A stretch of 64,000 nucleotides of DNA, taken from positions 26,064 through 90,063 of the forward strand of contig CAZDGL010000002.1 of the NCBI GenBank assembly GCA_964505155.1, given 5' to 3'. This document shows, in pieces, positions 19,344 through 30,209 of the stretch. Both the position numbers and the translations under genes were made by a program. Source of the stretch: an uncultured Candidatus Saccharibacteria bacterium (GTDB lineage: Bacteria > Patescibacteriota > Minisyncoccia > Phycocordibacterales > UBA9973). The notes below the pieces were generated by a model, which saw nothing but the letters and a program-made list of their open reading frames with translations, did no database searches and was not told the DNA's origin. Within the stretch, counting starts at the first letter, position 1. The number at the start of each line of letters is the position of its first letter.

Positions 19344-20984
19344 TTATAAAACTTCTTGTATCCTCACTCTCACTCCTCCACGCCAGCCAGCTTCAAGGCT
19401 TCCGACAAATGAAATACTTTCCCCTTCTTTGATTTTCTCTTTCATTTCATCATCTACAAAAAAAGTAAACGCTGTTGCCTTGCCTGTTGCATCTTCAATG
19501 TTACATTCTAGATGTTCTTTGTTTTTGCCAAACATTTTTGTAGAAAGTACTCTCACATTTTCAAATAAAAAACTTGGTGCAATATTGCCAACACCAAAAG
19601 GCGCAAGGGCACGTAGCTTTTGTAAATGTCTAGTCGTCACTATACCTAGAGGCATTGGTATGGCATCAGTATTGTTTTTTTCTTCTGTAACATGATTAAC
19701 TTTTGAAATAGCTGTGTTGAGTTCTTGTTCTAAGAAATGTATCTTTTCTTTGGCAACTGCAAAACCTCCAGCTGCTTGGTGCCCACCGGCATGTAGTAGT
19801 ACTCCTTCAGGGAGAGCTTGGAAGATATAGGCTGCGTGATGCTCATCAAGCATGCGACATGAGCCTTTGATAACTCCATCTCCTGACTCACCCCAGACAA
19901 AGAAGCTCCGACTATATGTTTCTTGGAGCTTGGTAGCCACAAGTCCAAGCACTGCTGGTCGCCATGACAAGTCTCCAAGTACAACTATCTCTGGGAGATC
20001 TCTGCTATCGAGTTTTTTGTGAGCTTCTTTGACTATGCGTGCGACAAGGAGCTTTCTTTCAGCATTTATTTTTTCAAGCTCTTTTACTAAAGCAAGCGCT
20101 CGAGAAGGATTGTCAGTAGAAAGAAGCTCAAAGGCAAGCATAGGGGTATTCATGCGCGAAGCAGCATTTAATCGGGGCGCAACAGTAAAAGTCAGATCGG
20201 TCTCTGTCAGGGCATTCATATCCATCCTCTGCTCTCCAAAAAGCTCTCGCAGTCCAACTCGACGAGTCTTTTTCATAACCATCATGCCATATGTTACAAG
20301 CATTCTGTTCTCTCCCAAGAGTAGCACCATATCTGAAAGAGTCGCAAATCCTACGAGATCAAGCAACCATTTCTCCCAACCTTCTTTGATACCAAACTCT
20401 TCTCGATACTTTTCTAGAAAAGCGCAAACGAGATAAAAAGCGACTCCTGCTCCACACGGATCTTGGTTTGGATACGAGCTTTTTTTCGGATGCACTACCG
20501 CAAGGGCTGATGGATACTCTGCTAATGGCTCGTGGTGATCAGTCACTATGATATCCATCTCTCTACTGCGTGCATCAGCCACTTCAGCGATAGCGGTAAT
20601 ACCAAGATCAACAGTGATGACGAGCGAAACACCTTTGGCTTCAAGTGCATCTATACCTATCTTGCTAAGTCCATAACCTTCATCATGACGATCTGGTATA
20701 TAAACGTGTACTCTATCTTCTACTTTCAAAGCTTTAAATAAATCTAGAAGCACTACTGCTCCTGGTATACCATCACAATCATAGTCCGCATATATGCCTA
20801 TCTGCTCATCACCTTTAACTGCTTTGTAAATGCGCTCAACAGCGACACTCATGTCTTCAAACAAAGACAAATCTCCGAGTTTGTATTCTGGAAACAAAAA
20901 TGCCTTTTTTTGACTTTCATCAAGACCAAGTCTCTCTATCAGTATATCTTGCAACTGATCCGGTGTCGGAATAGTAGGGTTCAT
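19344..20984 (-). CDS. recJ: Single-stranded DNA exonuclease RecJ
   Basis: DYDCDG, EGYGL, ITVDLG, TDHH, PRLNAASR, GGHQAAGG. Confidence 0.95.
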   Translation of the reverse strand: MNPTIPTPDQLQDILIERLGLDESQKKAFLFPEYKLGDLSLFEDMSVAVERIYKAVKGDEQIGIYADYDCDGIPGAVVLLDLFKALKVEDRVHVYIPDRHDEGYGLSKIGIDALEAKGVSLVITVDLGITAIAEVADARSREMDIIVTDHHEPLAEYPSALAVVHPKKSSYPNQDPCGAGVAFYLVCAFLEKYREEFGIKEGWEKWLLDLVGFATLSDMVLLLGENRMLVTYGMMVMKKTRRVGLRELFGEQRMDMNALTETDLTFTVAPRLNAASRMNTPMLAFELLSTDNPSRALALVKELEKINAERKLLVARIVKEAHKKLDSRDLPEIVVLGDLSWRPAVLGLVATKLQETYSRSFFVWGESGDGVIKGSCRMLDEHHAAYIFQALPEGVLLHAGGHQAAGGFAVAKEKIHFLEQELNTAISKVNHVTEEKNNTDAIPMPLGIVTTRHLQKLRALAPFGVGNIAPSFLFENVRVLSTKMFGKNKEHLECNIEDATGKATAFTFFVDDEMKEKIKEGESISFVGSLEAGWRGGVRVRIQEVL

Positions 20985-21015
20985 AGATTTGATTTTACCA
21001 TGATATACTGACCAA

Positions 21016-21192
21016 ATGGATTTACTAATCTCTGTTGGGCTACCTATATTATTAATCTTAATCTGTAGTCTTTCTCTATCAAAAGCAAATTCTAAGGTCC
21101 TTAATCTTTTATTTTGGATTATAATAATTGCCTCTATAGGGTACTTATTATTTATAGGAATAGGAATTATTGCTTTAAAAAGTTTAGCTTAA
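21016..21192 (+). CDS. 58-aa two-TM small membrane protein (below ORF-track cutoff)
   Basis: MDLLISVGLPILLILICSLSLSKANSKVLNLLFWIIIIASIGYLLFIGIGIIALKSLA; TATACT 6 nt before ATG. Confidence 0.65.
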   Translation: MDLLISVGLPILLILICSLSLSKANSKVLNLLFWIIIIASIGYLLFIGIGIIALKSLA

Positions 21193-21274
21193 ATAAGACT
21201 AAGTAGTAATACTAAAAAAGATTTTATTAAAATAAAAATCTAAATTAAAAAGGCCAGCAACCGCTGGCCTTTTA

Positions 21275-21910
21275 TTACTGAGCTTGTCTGAGTAAAAGTT
21301 TTCCTTTGCGAAAATTAGGATCCTTTCCCTCAAAATAACAACTCCATCCTGCATGTACCAGCCAAGGCCTTTTGGAAAAAGTCCCTACAAACTCAACCTC
21401 TCCTGTAGGCAACATAAGTGGAAAAAAATTATAACCCTCAAAAAACAAAACTCCATTTTTCTTTTTTTCGTTCTTATGACGATTCAGAATTGAACAAATC
21501 TGTGAATAAGAGAAAGCTTGGGATGCCAAATCATTGGCGGATTTAATGCCTAACTCTTGAAACAGTTCATTAGGTTGGAGTGTGATATTTATATGCACAG
21601 ACTTGATTAAGCAATCTGGCTGAGGTGGTTGATGTTCAAGAACACACCTAACAAATTTATCATAGAGTACTCTATCAATTAATCTTTTCTTCCACAAAAC
21701 TTTTCTAGTTGTCGTCCTTACTGCTGGCAAAAAATAAGGTTTCGAGTCTGGAAAAGTAACTGGTTCAAAGTCTTTAACCTTATTCAAATGTTCAACTAAA
21801 AGCTCTTCGTTTCTAGCCCAAAAAAGTTGTACATTTTTGGGCAATTCTCTTAGTGCAGATATTACAGTTTGGCAAAGCTCAAGTGGTAGTTGATCTATTT
21901 CTGTTTTCAT
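21275..21910 (-). CDS. Hypothetical protein (orphan cassette)
   Basis: 211-aa ORF, TTGACA promoter near 21929-21956, hairpin ~21249-21273. Confidence 0.78.
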   Translation of the reverse strand: MKTEIDQLPLELCQTVISALRELPKNVQLFWARNEELLVEHLNKVKDFEPVTFPDSKPYFLPAVRTTTRKVLWKKRLIDRVLYDKFVRCVLEHQPPQPDCLIKSVHINITLQPNELFQELGIKSANDLASQAFSYSQICSILNRHKNEKKKNGVLFFEGYNFFPLMLPTGEVEFVGTFSKRPWLVHAGWSCYFEGKDPNFRKGKLLLRQAQ

Positions 21911-21981
21911 AATTTACAATTTTCCTATAATCTACAGGTAAAAATTTATATGTCAATGCAAAAATCATATATAATATAAAA

Positions 21982-22377
21982 ATGGAAAATAACACAATAT
22001 TTGGCAAGATTATTCGGGGTGAGATACCAGCAACCAAGGTTTATGAGGACGAGAAGTTTTTGGCATTTCTCGACATTAACCCTGTAAAAAAAGGTCATAC
22101 CTTGCTTTTGCCTAAAGAGCACTTTGTTTGGGTTCAAGACTTACCAGATGAACTTATCTCTGAAATATTTATAAAAACAAAAGAAATTATTTTAGCAATT
22201 AAAAAAGCTACTTCTTGTGATTATGTCCAGGTTGTTATTGAAGGAATTCAGGTGCCTCATTTTCATATACATCTAATACCGAGTATGAATTTGAAAGAAA
22301 ATGCGAAATGGGAACATGTTTCCTATGAAGAAGGCGAAATAAACTCTTGGGCTGAAAAAATAAAAAATAGTTTATAA
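21982..22377 (+). CDS. HIT family nucleotide hydrolase
   Basis: IFGKIIRGEIP, FLDINP, GHTLL, VPHFHIHLIP. Confidence 0.95.
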   Translation: MENNTIFGKIIRGEIPATKVYEDEKFLAFLDINPVKKGHTLLLPKEHFVWVQDLPDELISEIFIKTKEIILAIKKATSCDYVQVVIEGIQVPHFHIHLIPSMNLKENAKWEHVSYEEGEINSWAEKIKNSL

Positions 22378-22517
22378 AATAAAGGCCGGGTAGAAACCCA
22401 GCCTCGTTTTTTGTACCTTCTATGATAACTATCTTAAACTATAGCTTATCTAAGAAAAAAAAGCAAAACCTGACTTAAAGTCAGGTTTTAGAGATATGTT
22501 TGGTTTTTCAATAGTCA

Positions 22518-23633
22518 CTATTTTAGATATTGTATACCTGGAAGTGTACCCTTCGCAAGATACTCGAGAGTTGCTCCACCACCAGTAGAGACAAAAACAT
22601 TTTTGGAATTACCAGCTATTTTTTCAACAAGAGCTCCAGTGTCCCCGCCTCCAACAACAGCAAAGCCTTTATTCTTTGCTACCTCTTGTGCCAAATCTTT
22701 TGTGGCTTTTACAAAGCCTTTTTCATACCAACCAGTTGGACCGTTCCAAACAATGAGTTTGGATTTTTGTATTTTTTGTTTTATGAGATCTGTACTTTGT
22801 TTGCCAATATCCACTATCACATCGCCTTTTTGCACTTCATTGGCCATTACAAGTTTCTTGGCACCAGAGCGAAGTACAATGACATCGACAGGAAGTAAAA
22901 GGTTTGGCAAAGAAAGTAGTTTTTTTATCTCTCTTTCATAACCCTCTTCTACTACAGAGCTCCCTACCTCAAAACCAGCAGTCTTATAAAAAGAGTTGAG
23001 TATTGCTCCACAAACAACTATTTGGTCAGCACTTGTAGCAAACCTTTTTATCAAGGGGATTTTGGTAGCAAACTTTGCTCCACCCAAAATAAAAAGAAAT
23101 GGATGCTTTTTGATAGTCAAAAGACTTGAAAGATTCTTGATTTCCTTTTCCATCTGTATACCAGCATAACTAGGCAGATACTTTGCTACCCCTACCACAC
23201 TTGCATGTTTTCGATGTGAGACAGAAAAAGCATCGTTTACATATACATCTCCGAGCTTTGATAATGCCTTGGCAAATTTTGGATCGTTTTTTTCTTCACC
23301 TTCATAGTGACGAATGTTTTCAAATAAAACAACTGTGTCTTTTTCTATTTGTCCTAAATCTTCTGTTATATCTTTAACAAATTTAACCTTGAAATACTTG
23401 GCCAAAAACTTGGCAATTGGAGCAAGAGACGCTGAAGCATCACCCAAATGAGCCAAAAGCCTTACTTGGAAACCTTTTTTTTGTAAAGTCCTGATAGTTT
23501 CAAAGGATGCTTCTATACGCCTAGTATCCAAAATCTTGTTGCCTTTCATTGGCACATTGTAGTCGACACGCACAAGAACTCTTTGTAATGAATTTTTTTG
23601 TTTTGTTGGTTTTAAATCTTTTAGAGTTTGCAT
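22518..23633 (-). CDS. pgk: Phosphoglycerate kinase
   Basis: VRVDYNVP, VNDAFSVSHR, WNGPTG, GGGDT, STGGGA. Confidence 0.96.
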   Translation of the reverse strand: MQTLKDLKPTKQKNSLQRVLVRVDYNVPMKGNKILDTRRIEASFETIRTLQKKGFQVRLLAHLGDASASLAPIAKFLAKYFKVKFVKDITEDLGQIEKDTVVLFENIRHYEGEEKNDPKFAKALSKLGDVYVNDAFSVSHRKHASVVGVAKYLPSYAGIQMEKEIKNLSSLLTIKKHPFLFILGGAKFATKIPLIKRFATSADQIVVCGAILNSFYKTAGFEVGSSVVEEGYEREIKKLLSLPNLLLPVDVIVLRSGAKKLVMANEVQKGDVIVDIGKQSTDLIKQKIQKSKLIVWNGPTGWYEKGFVKATKDLAQEVAKNKGFAVVGGGDTGALVEKIAGNSKNVFVSTGGGATLEYLAKGTLPGIQYLK

Positions 23634-23634
23634 A

Positions 23635-24396
23635 TTAAGAAATCATTGATAAAGCTTTCATAAGAGAGGTAAATCTTTTGGCATCCAGACTAACTCTGCC
23701 CACCAAAAGCCCTTGGGCTCCACCTTCAAGTATAAAAGCTGGAGCATTTTGTTCATTTACTGATCCGCCGTACAAAATGTTGATGTTTTTTGCTGTTTTT
23801 TCGTCTTTGATATCAGCAATAACTTTACGTATGAACATTATCATTTCTCGAGATTCAGCTACCGTTGCTTCTCGAGCAGCATTTTTTCCTATTGCCCAAA
23901 CTGGTTCATAAGCAAAGACGAGTTTTTTGACTTGGTTTTTAGCGACACCTAGGACTACCTTTTCAACTTGTTCTTTTACAGAACTAAGATACCAACCATG
24001 GCCATCACGCTCCTTCTCCCCTACACAAACTATAGGAGTGATGTTTTTTTGTAAAAGAGAAACTGTAGAAGCAAGGATTTGTTCATCATTTTCACCCCGA
24101 GCTCTGACTTCTGAGTGCCCAACTATACAGTGGTTTGCTCCATAACTCTTTAACATAGCAGAGTTTATAAGGCCAGTTTGTGCAATCTCTTCACTGGGCG
24201 CGACTGACTGTCCTCCAAAACAAACATTGGTCTTTATGTTTTTAATCAAAGCTGGCAAATGTATAGCTGGAGCACAAACAACAGTGGTGATGCTTTTTTT
24301 GTAAGCTTTGGCTGATAGCGAGATTTTTTTGGCGAGATTTATGGCTTCAGTATCTTTGTTTGGCGCCATTTTCCAGTTTCCAACAAGTAATATCAT
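23635..24396 (-). CDS. tpiA: Triosephosphate isomerase
   Basis: GNWKM, VGHSE, AYEPVWAIG, LYGGSV. Confidence 0.96.
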   Translation of the reverse strand: MILLVGNWKMAPNKDTEAINLAKKISLSAKAYKKSITTVVCAPAIHLPALIKNIKTNVCFGGQSVAPSEEIAQTGLINSAMLKSYGANHCIVGHSEVRARGENDEQILASTVSLLQKNITPIVCVGEKERDGHGWYLSSVKEQVEKVVLGVAKNQVKKLVFAYEPVWAIGKNAAREATVAESREMIMFIRKVIADIKDEKTAKNINILYGGSVNEQNAPAFILEGGAQGLLVGRVSLDAKRFTSLMKALSMIS

Positions 24397-24424
24397 TTTG
24401 ATATTATAGCATGTCCAAAAACCC

Positions 24425-25906
24425 TTAGCTTTCAAGCTCTTCCCAGAGAATTATCTGATATTTGTCTGAGGCGAGAGGAAAGTTTGGTGGCGGAGCATAA
24501 AGAAGATTTGTATCATAAGTAATAACACGATCGTCATAACCAGTGCCGTCTGTATAAGCAAAACCATAACGACCATTTGTACCCAACATCCCATAAAGAG
24601 AAATGCTGTTTCTATAAACATTTACACCGCAACGATTTGTTCCTCCGCCATTTGTTGGTGGGTCATAATAATACCTACCGATGCGTCCATTTTGAGCAAC
24701 TAAGGCTGCATCTATTTGCAAGTTATTGTCTGAAAATAACCCTACATTTATATTGTTTTGGGCAATTAAGGCGATAACGTCTGTCCCATCATAGTTTGTA
24801 TACTTCAAATCATTATTAACTGTTATATTTTTTCGGGTTGCAACAGTGTCTGGGAACCTAGCAGCCGCGATAGTGACTCTTGCCGAATTTATTTGTCCCT
24901 CAACCCATAGATTATCTTCCACAAAGATAAGTCCGTTGGCAGGGATAGCATAGTTGGCTAGCAAAGTTTTTGCTCCAACACTCCAAGACCCCCATGTAGA
25001 GTCACTTGTTACATCAGAACAACCACTAGGTGGAGCGGTCAAACTTGTAACACGATATAAATCAAAAGTATCATTGGTCTTTAAAACTATTTGGTATCCT
25101 TGATATCCTGAAGGGGCAAAATATCTACCAGAAGAAACTGCCTGAGTTTTTATGGTTGCCAAATCGTTAGTAATACCTGCAAAATCAGCCGCTGGTACAG
25201 GAAAAGTTCTACCTGCCTTAAAAACATCATTTCTGTTTGCCAAAGTTGAAGGTGGGGCTTCTGCTGGGCGAAAACTATTGTTAACACTTGTACTTCCAGT
25301 ATTAACATGGGTATGAACACCAAACTCTACTGCACCACTATGATCAGGATCATCATAACTGGTCTTTGAGCTTGTAATTTGGTTCCAAATAACACCATCA
25401 AATCTTATTCCTCCATTTGAATGAATAGGTCCATAAACAACAGTCCCCTCACCAAAGCGCATATCAGCATTTGCTAAAACAGAGTATTTGGCTAGAGAAG
25501 GGATAGCTAGATTGACATTTATGCTTCGAGTTACAGTAGGATCTGCAAGTGTTGCTCCTGTTGATTTTACCTTAACCAAGGTTGAACCAGACGGAGGAGG
25601 TGTAACAGTTAGTGTATAAGAGCCTATCTGGTTTCCGTCTTTGTCATTAAAAGGGTATACATATGGACTAGCACCATTATTACCCAGTGTGTAACCAGTT
25701 TGGTAGTGAGCCAAATACCAGCGAGCATACTCAATCCCAGCTTCAGCTATCTGTAGTGCCAACTCTCTTGATTGAACTCTTTTGGCCAATCTTGAGCTTG
25801 TACTAGCCCAAGAAACAAAAGCAGTTATAGTAACAATACTAACTGCTGAAAAAACAAGAACTCCTATCAATAAAAAACCTTTTTGTTGTTTATTTTTTTT
25901 AAACAT
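24425..25906 (-). CDS. PilX-like minor pilin / pilus assembly protein
   Basis: KGFLLIGVLVF prepilin-like N-terminus, ALQIAEAGIEYA motif. Confidence 0.8.
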   Translation of the reverse strand: MFKKNKQQKGFLLIGVLVFSAVSIVTITAFVSWASTSSRLAKRVQSRELALQIAEAGIEYARWYLAHYQTGYTLGNNGASPYVYPFNDKDGNQIGSYTLTVTPPPSGSTLVKVKSTGATLADPTVTRSINVNLAIPSLAKYSVLANADMRFGEGTVVYGPIHSNGGIRFDGVIWNQITSSKTSYDDPDHSGAVEFGVHTHVNTGSTSVNNSFRPAEAPPSTLANRNDVFKAGRTFPVPAADFAGITNDLATIKTQAVSSGRYFAPSGYQGYQIVLKTNDTFDLYRVTSLTAPPSGCSDVTSDSTWGSWSVGAKTLLANYAIPANGLIFVEDNLWVEGQINSARVTIAAARFPDTVATRKNITVNNDLKYTNYDGTDVIALIAQNNINVGLFSDNNLQIDAALVAQNGRIGRYYYDPPTNGGGTNRCGVNVYRNSISLYGMLGTNGRYGFAYTDGTGYDDRVITYDTNLLYAPPPNFPLASDKYQIILWEELES

Positions 25907-25908
25907 GA

Positions 25909-26556
25909 TTATTGTTGAACTTTTAAGTTACGTATTGCAACTTGTGTACTAACCTCAACAGTAGTTGGTGACTGATTTGGATCTGGATCAAGTCTTATTT
26001 TAACACTAATAAGTCTAATACTCGAAAGTGAGCCAGTTGTAGGAGAGACTACTCCGCCACTACCTCCAGTATAAGTACTGTCATAATAAGTAAAAACTGG
26101 TATACCATCTGTAATATTGCGAACACCTGTCATAAAAGTTTTTGTTATTTTGTTTGCAGAATTATAAGTCAAAGGATTGCCTGATGGTTTTATTGTTTCT
26201 TTGGAAAGTGTTGTGCCAGATAGTGTGTACTTGACCCACTCTTTTAGTCCGTCATTATCAATATCGCTATAAAAAGAAAAACTATTGTCTGCTATTGAGT
26301 CTATCGGGTAAGCACCGTTACTAGAAGGACTAGCCGACCTAATCTCTGCTGTCATCGGACGAAGAAGTTTTTGAGCACTATCCCCAACAGAAAGACTGTT
26401 ACTAAAATACCTGTTGAAAGAAAAAACGTCTCCTTGAAACTTAGAAATAGTGATTCCTAAAACTCCGACAATGGCCATAACTACAAGAACCTCTATAAAA
26501 GTATATCCGCCACTAAAGATCTTTTTTCTTTTATGGGTTGAGCTGTATTGTTTCAT
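25909..26556 (-). CDS. Type IV minor pilin (PilW/GspJ-like)
   Basis: G/YTFIEVLVVMAI N-methylation motif. Confidence 0.88.
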   Translation of the reverse strand: MKQYSSTHKRKKIFSGGYTFIEVLVVMAIVGVLGITISKFQGDVFSFNRYFSNSLSVGDSAQKLLRPMTAEIRSASPSSNGAYPIDSIADNSFSFYSDIDNDGLKEWVKYTLSGTTLSKETIKPSGNPLTYNSANKITKTFMTGVRNITDGIPVFTYYDSTYTGGSGGVVSPTTGSLSSIRLISVKIRLDPDPNQSPTTVEVSTQVAIRNLKVQQ

Positions 26557-28318
26557 AAGTATTACTATCTATTGTAATTGTTTTCTCCGAAGTAGTATAG
26601 CCACTCTTGCTGACAGTAACAGTATAACTACCAGAAGAAAGTCCTGAGAAGTCTATCTGCCCTGGTGGTAAACATCCAGAAGTGTAAGTGATGGCTATAT
26701 CACTGATACTAGGAGTAAAAGAAGTATCATCTGTTGATAGTATTGCCTTATACCTTACATATCTATCACCATTGTGAATATCAGCTATATCGCTAGTTGG
26801 ATTTGTATAGTAGCTACTATCTGTTCCGTCTGGTCCCAAAAAGTCCCAGGTAGCATTATCGTTGTTGGTTGCAATTTGAAATTTTACTGACTGAGAACCT
26901 GTTTGAGCTGGCTGGTTTATAGGGCTCCAAGAGAGTTGTTGAAATACCGATGCCTCTCCAAGATCGATACTAGAAGATACGAGCTCTCCACTACTTATAT
27001 AACTAGCTCCTAAAAGTAAAAGCTCTAACTCTCCTTGGTTGGTAGAATAATCGACCCCTCCATCAGTACTAAAGAACATTGCTTGGTCTGTATAATTATC
27101 TTGTCCACTGCCTCCAATCCAACTTGTTTGAGAAACAGATCCTACACTGGTTTGATTTGTAAATGTACCAGAAGGACCAGAGACACTAACATCGGCACCA
27201 GCAACAGGAAGCCCGGCAACATCGGAGGCAGCGACAACCAATCGACTACCTGAGGTAGCGGGTTTTAGGGTTAAAGTGACCTGTTGACTTGATCCTGGAG
27301 AGATAGATAATGGGAAAATAGGATTTGTGCCTGCGATATCATAACTAGTACCAGAGAGTTCTACGTTATAAGTATCCCATTCTATATTTGCAATATTGTT
27401 GGAGGCGCTACTTAAACTAAAAGGAATTGTATTTTTTATAACGTCTGGATTTGTTCCAATGATTTTTGAACCTACTAGATTGCCACTCTCACCTGTGATG
27501 CTAGAGCACTGAGCAGATTGACCTTTTAGATCTATAGAGCTTGATTGGTCTATAGCAAAAGTACCTTGGCTTACAGTGTTGGCCACAATAGTTATGTGCG
27601 GTTTTGTTGGGTTTGGGTTACCGACACCACCTACAACATAAGTTTGCTCAGAAGAATATCCATTTTTTGTAACAGTAATATGATAACTCTCTGTAGAAGG
27701 TGGAGCATCAACGATAGTCAAAACACCAAAACTATCTGTGATATCGGTAAAATCAATAGCTGGATTGAGGGTGTCGTTTTGTATTCGTATAGTTGCATTT
27801 TGTACTGGCAAACCACTTGCATCGATAACTTTTATAACCAAAGCACCGTTTCCATTTTCTGTTTCCAAACTCTTGGGAGCAACGTTTGTTGTGTACTCTA
27901 TAGAAGTCTGGCTTTTGCAATCAACACAAGCGACTTCTATAACTACCAGCTTATTATCTGCAGGAGAAAGATCGTTAGGATTACCGCCCAATGTGCCATC
28001 TGCTGGTAGGTCTATGTTACGTATTGTTGTATTGACAACAAAACTAACACCGGCCCTTGAGATTGTCTTTGAAGCTGGGACAACACCAAGAGGAATACCA
28101 GAGACTATCCCAACGTCTGAGTATTGTAGGTTGCGGATAAACTCTATTTGTTCACTAGCAATCTGGTTGGCAATAGTTTTTATTCTGATTCGAGCAGAGA
28201 TCTCAATAACTTTTGCATAAAGCTGATATATCGCCAAAGAAAAAACAACAAAAAATGCCGCCGCAACCAATTTCTCTATTAAAGTTGTCCCTGCTTGATG
28301 ATTCTTACTCTTTATCAT
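26531..28318 (-). CDS. Large minor pilin with carboxypeptidase-regulatory-like beta domains
   Basis: G/TTLIE prepilin motif; VIDASGLPVQNATI and YTVTVSKSGY segments. Confidence 0.8.
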   Translation of the reverse strand: MIKSKNHQAGTTLIEKLVAAAFFVVFSLAIYQLYAKVIEISARIRIKTIANQIASEQIEFIRNLQYSDVGIVSGIPLGVVPASKTISRAGVSFVVNTTIRNIDLPADGTLGGNPNDLSPADNKLVVIEVACVDCKSQTSIEYTTNVAPKSLETENGNGALVIKVIDASGLPVQNATIRIQNDTLNPAIDFTDITDSFGVLTIVDAPPSTESYHITVTKNGYSSEQTYVVGGVGNPNPTKPHITIVANTVSQGTFAIDQSSSIDLKGQSAQCSSITGESGNLVGSKIIGTNPDVIKNTIPFSLSSASNNIANIEWDTYNVELSGTSYDIAGTNPIFPLSISPGSSQQVTLTLKPATSGSRLVVAASDVAGLPVAGADVSVSGPSGTFTNQTSVGSVSQTSWIGGSGQDNYTDQAMFFSTDGGVDYSTNQGELELLLLGASYISSGELVSSSIDLGEASVFQQLSWSPINQPAQTGSQSVKFQIATNNDNATWDFLGPDGTDSSYYTNPTSDIADIHNGDRYVRYKAILSTDDTSFTPSISDIAITYTSGCLPPGQIDFSGLSSGSYTVTVSKSGYTTSEKTITIDSNTYETIQLNP

Positions 28319-28323
28319 AAAAA

Positions 28324-29541
28324 CTATTTTATAGAGTCCATTATGGAGTACATCGGGGAGAGCATTGAAACAGCAAAGAATCCAACTGCCACTCCGATAA
28401 ATATCATAAGGACTGGTTCTATGATAGTAGAGAGGTCTTTGGTTTTGCTATCCACCTCTCCTTCATAAAATGTCGCCACATCTAGAAGCATACTACCGAG
28501 CTTTCCTGTCTCTTCACCGACCTCTATCATCTCTCCGACCATGACTGGATAGATTTTGGTATTTTCTTTGAAGATACTAGACATAGTGCCCCCTTTTTCT
28601 ATAGCTAAAGAAATATCATCCATGACTTTTTTATAATAAACATTTTGCAAAACTTCCTTGGTTATAGATATGGCCCGACCGATATTTACCCCCGAAGATA
28701 GTAGTGAGCTCATGGTTCTAGTTGTTCTAGCTGCATTCATTTCTTTTATTATTACACCGACAACAGGTAGTCTAACGACAAGCCAATCTATAGCCTTTTT
28801 GGTTCTTGGTATCTTCAAGATCATTATTACAATAAAAACTATAAAGATTATCCCCGCAACTAGTAAGAGCAAATGGTTGGAAATGAGATCACTGAGACCT
28901 ATAACAAACTTGGTAGATGAAGGAAGTTCTGTGCCGAGCTCTTTGAAAGTTTTGGTAAGAGTAGGTACCACATAAATAAACATCAGTATTCCAATAATAA
29001 AAATAGCTGCCAAAATAATACTCGGATACATCATGGCGCTTTTGACTTTTTTGTTCAAAGCGTAGCTTTTTTCAAGGTTTATACCTATCTCTGTCAGAGT
29101 ACTTGGCAATCCACCGGACTCTTCTCCTGCTCTAACCATCGAAACAAAGAGGGCTGAGAAGACTTTGGGATACTTGGCTAGTCCATCCGAAAAAGTCCCT
29201 CCGCGATCGATAGTCTCTGAAAGAGTTTGTATCACCTTTTGCAAAAATTTATTTTTGGTTTGACGAGACAAAACAGACAAAGCTCTAGTGAGAGGTAGTC
29301 CAGCCTTAAGCATTCCCGAGAGGTTTTTGGTAAAGAGAATCTTTTCACTAAGCTTAACCTTCCCGCCTCCGATAGAAAAAGACCCGAGCTTGGACAAAAA
29401 TCCGTTTGAAGTTTGATTAACAAAAAGCGGAACAACACCAAGATTGCGAAGTTCATTTATAGCCTCTACTCTATCTCGCGCCTCAACAATGCCTGTTGCT
29501 ATAGCTCCTTCTTTATTTCTTCCTTTATAAGAAAATTTCAT
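28324..29541 (-). CDS. pilC: Type IV pilus inner-membrane platform protein
   Basis: T2SSF repeats AGEESG, MMYP, VGEETG, IIEP. Confidence 0.93.
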   Translation of the reverse strand: MKFSYKGRNKEGAIATGIVEARDRVEAINELRNLGVVPLFVNQTSNGFLSKLGSFSIGGGKVKLSEKILFTKNLSGMLKAGLPLTRALSVLSRQTKNKFLQKVIQTLSETIDRGGTFSDGLAKYPKVFSALFVSMVRAGEESGGLPSTLTEIGINLEKSYALNKKVKSAMMYPSIILAAIFIIGILMFIYVVPTLTKTFKELGTELPSSTKFVIGLSDLISNHLLLLVAGIIFIVFIVIMILKIPRTKKAIDWLVVRLPVVGVIIKEMNAARTTRTMSSLLSSGVNIGRAISITKEVLQNVYYKKVMDDISLAIEKGGTMSSIFKENTKIYPVMVGEMIEVGEETGKLGSMLLDVATFYEGEVDSKTKDLSTIIEPVLMIFIGVAVGFFAVSMLSPMYSIMDSIK

Positions 29542-29744
29542 TCTTATATTGTATCAAATATTTAGTTTGTTTGTGAGTAAGGAATATTTTTTAGAACACC
29601 CTTTTGGCGAGCTCAGGACGAGTATTATCAAATTCGGATCAAAATATATATAAAAAATACACTAAGACAATCCTAATAAAGAAATTTTTTTAAAGCGTAT
29701 GTATACCATTAAAAAGAAAAAGGCCTCAATAGAGGCCTTTAATA

Positions 29745-30209
29745 TTATTTCACATTTACCACTGCGTTGAATATACCTCTTTTAAAGGTTTCAAGGCGCG
29801 GCAGGTCTGGATAGGCTGAGAGTACTTCAAACTCTATGGTACCGTTACTGTACCTGGCTTCTCTGATCCAAATTTGTGAATCAAGCCTTGATGAATTGAT
29901 AACGATGTTCCCATATTGAACTCCCCATCTTTTATCGTTGTTCCATTTGTCATCTCTCTCCAAAGTAAATCCGAAATTCAAATCAACTTGGAGTTCTTTG
30001 AAAATGACTATTAACGTAACCTTCGCCTGTTTTGTAGTTCTAATAGTACCGAAAACATCCTCTTTTCTTGGTAAGGAGAAAACGATCTTTTGTTCTACAA
30101 AGTCAAATTGTTTTGATTCAAGTAACCATTCAGTTACAAGAGTGGCAATGTGTATTGCCTTAGCTGACGATATGTTCATCGACAGCCTTTCTTCTTTTTT
30201 AAAGTACAT
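29745..30209 (-). CDS. Hypothetical protein inserted between pilB and pilC (orphan cassette)
   Basis: 154-aa ORF, TTGACA-17-TATTAT near 30277-30305, hairpin ~29719-29740. Confidence 0.72.
   Translation of the reverse strand: MYFKKEERLSMNISSAKAIHIATLVTEWLLESKQFDFVEQKIVFSLPRKEDVFGTIRTTKQAKVTLIVIFKELQVDLNFGFTLERDDKWNNDKRWGVQYGNIVINSSRLDSQIWIREARYSNGTIEFEVLSAYPDLPRLETFKRGIFNAVVNVK

Noticed and set aside
22380-22490. Two hairpins between HIT and pgk as an sRNA
   Set aside because: Explained as separate terminators of two convergent genes.
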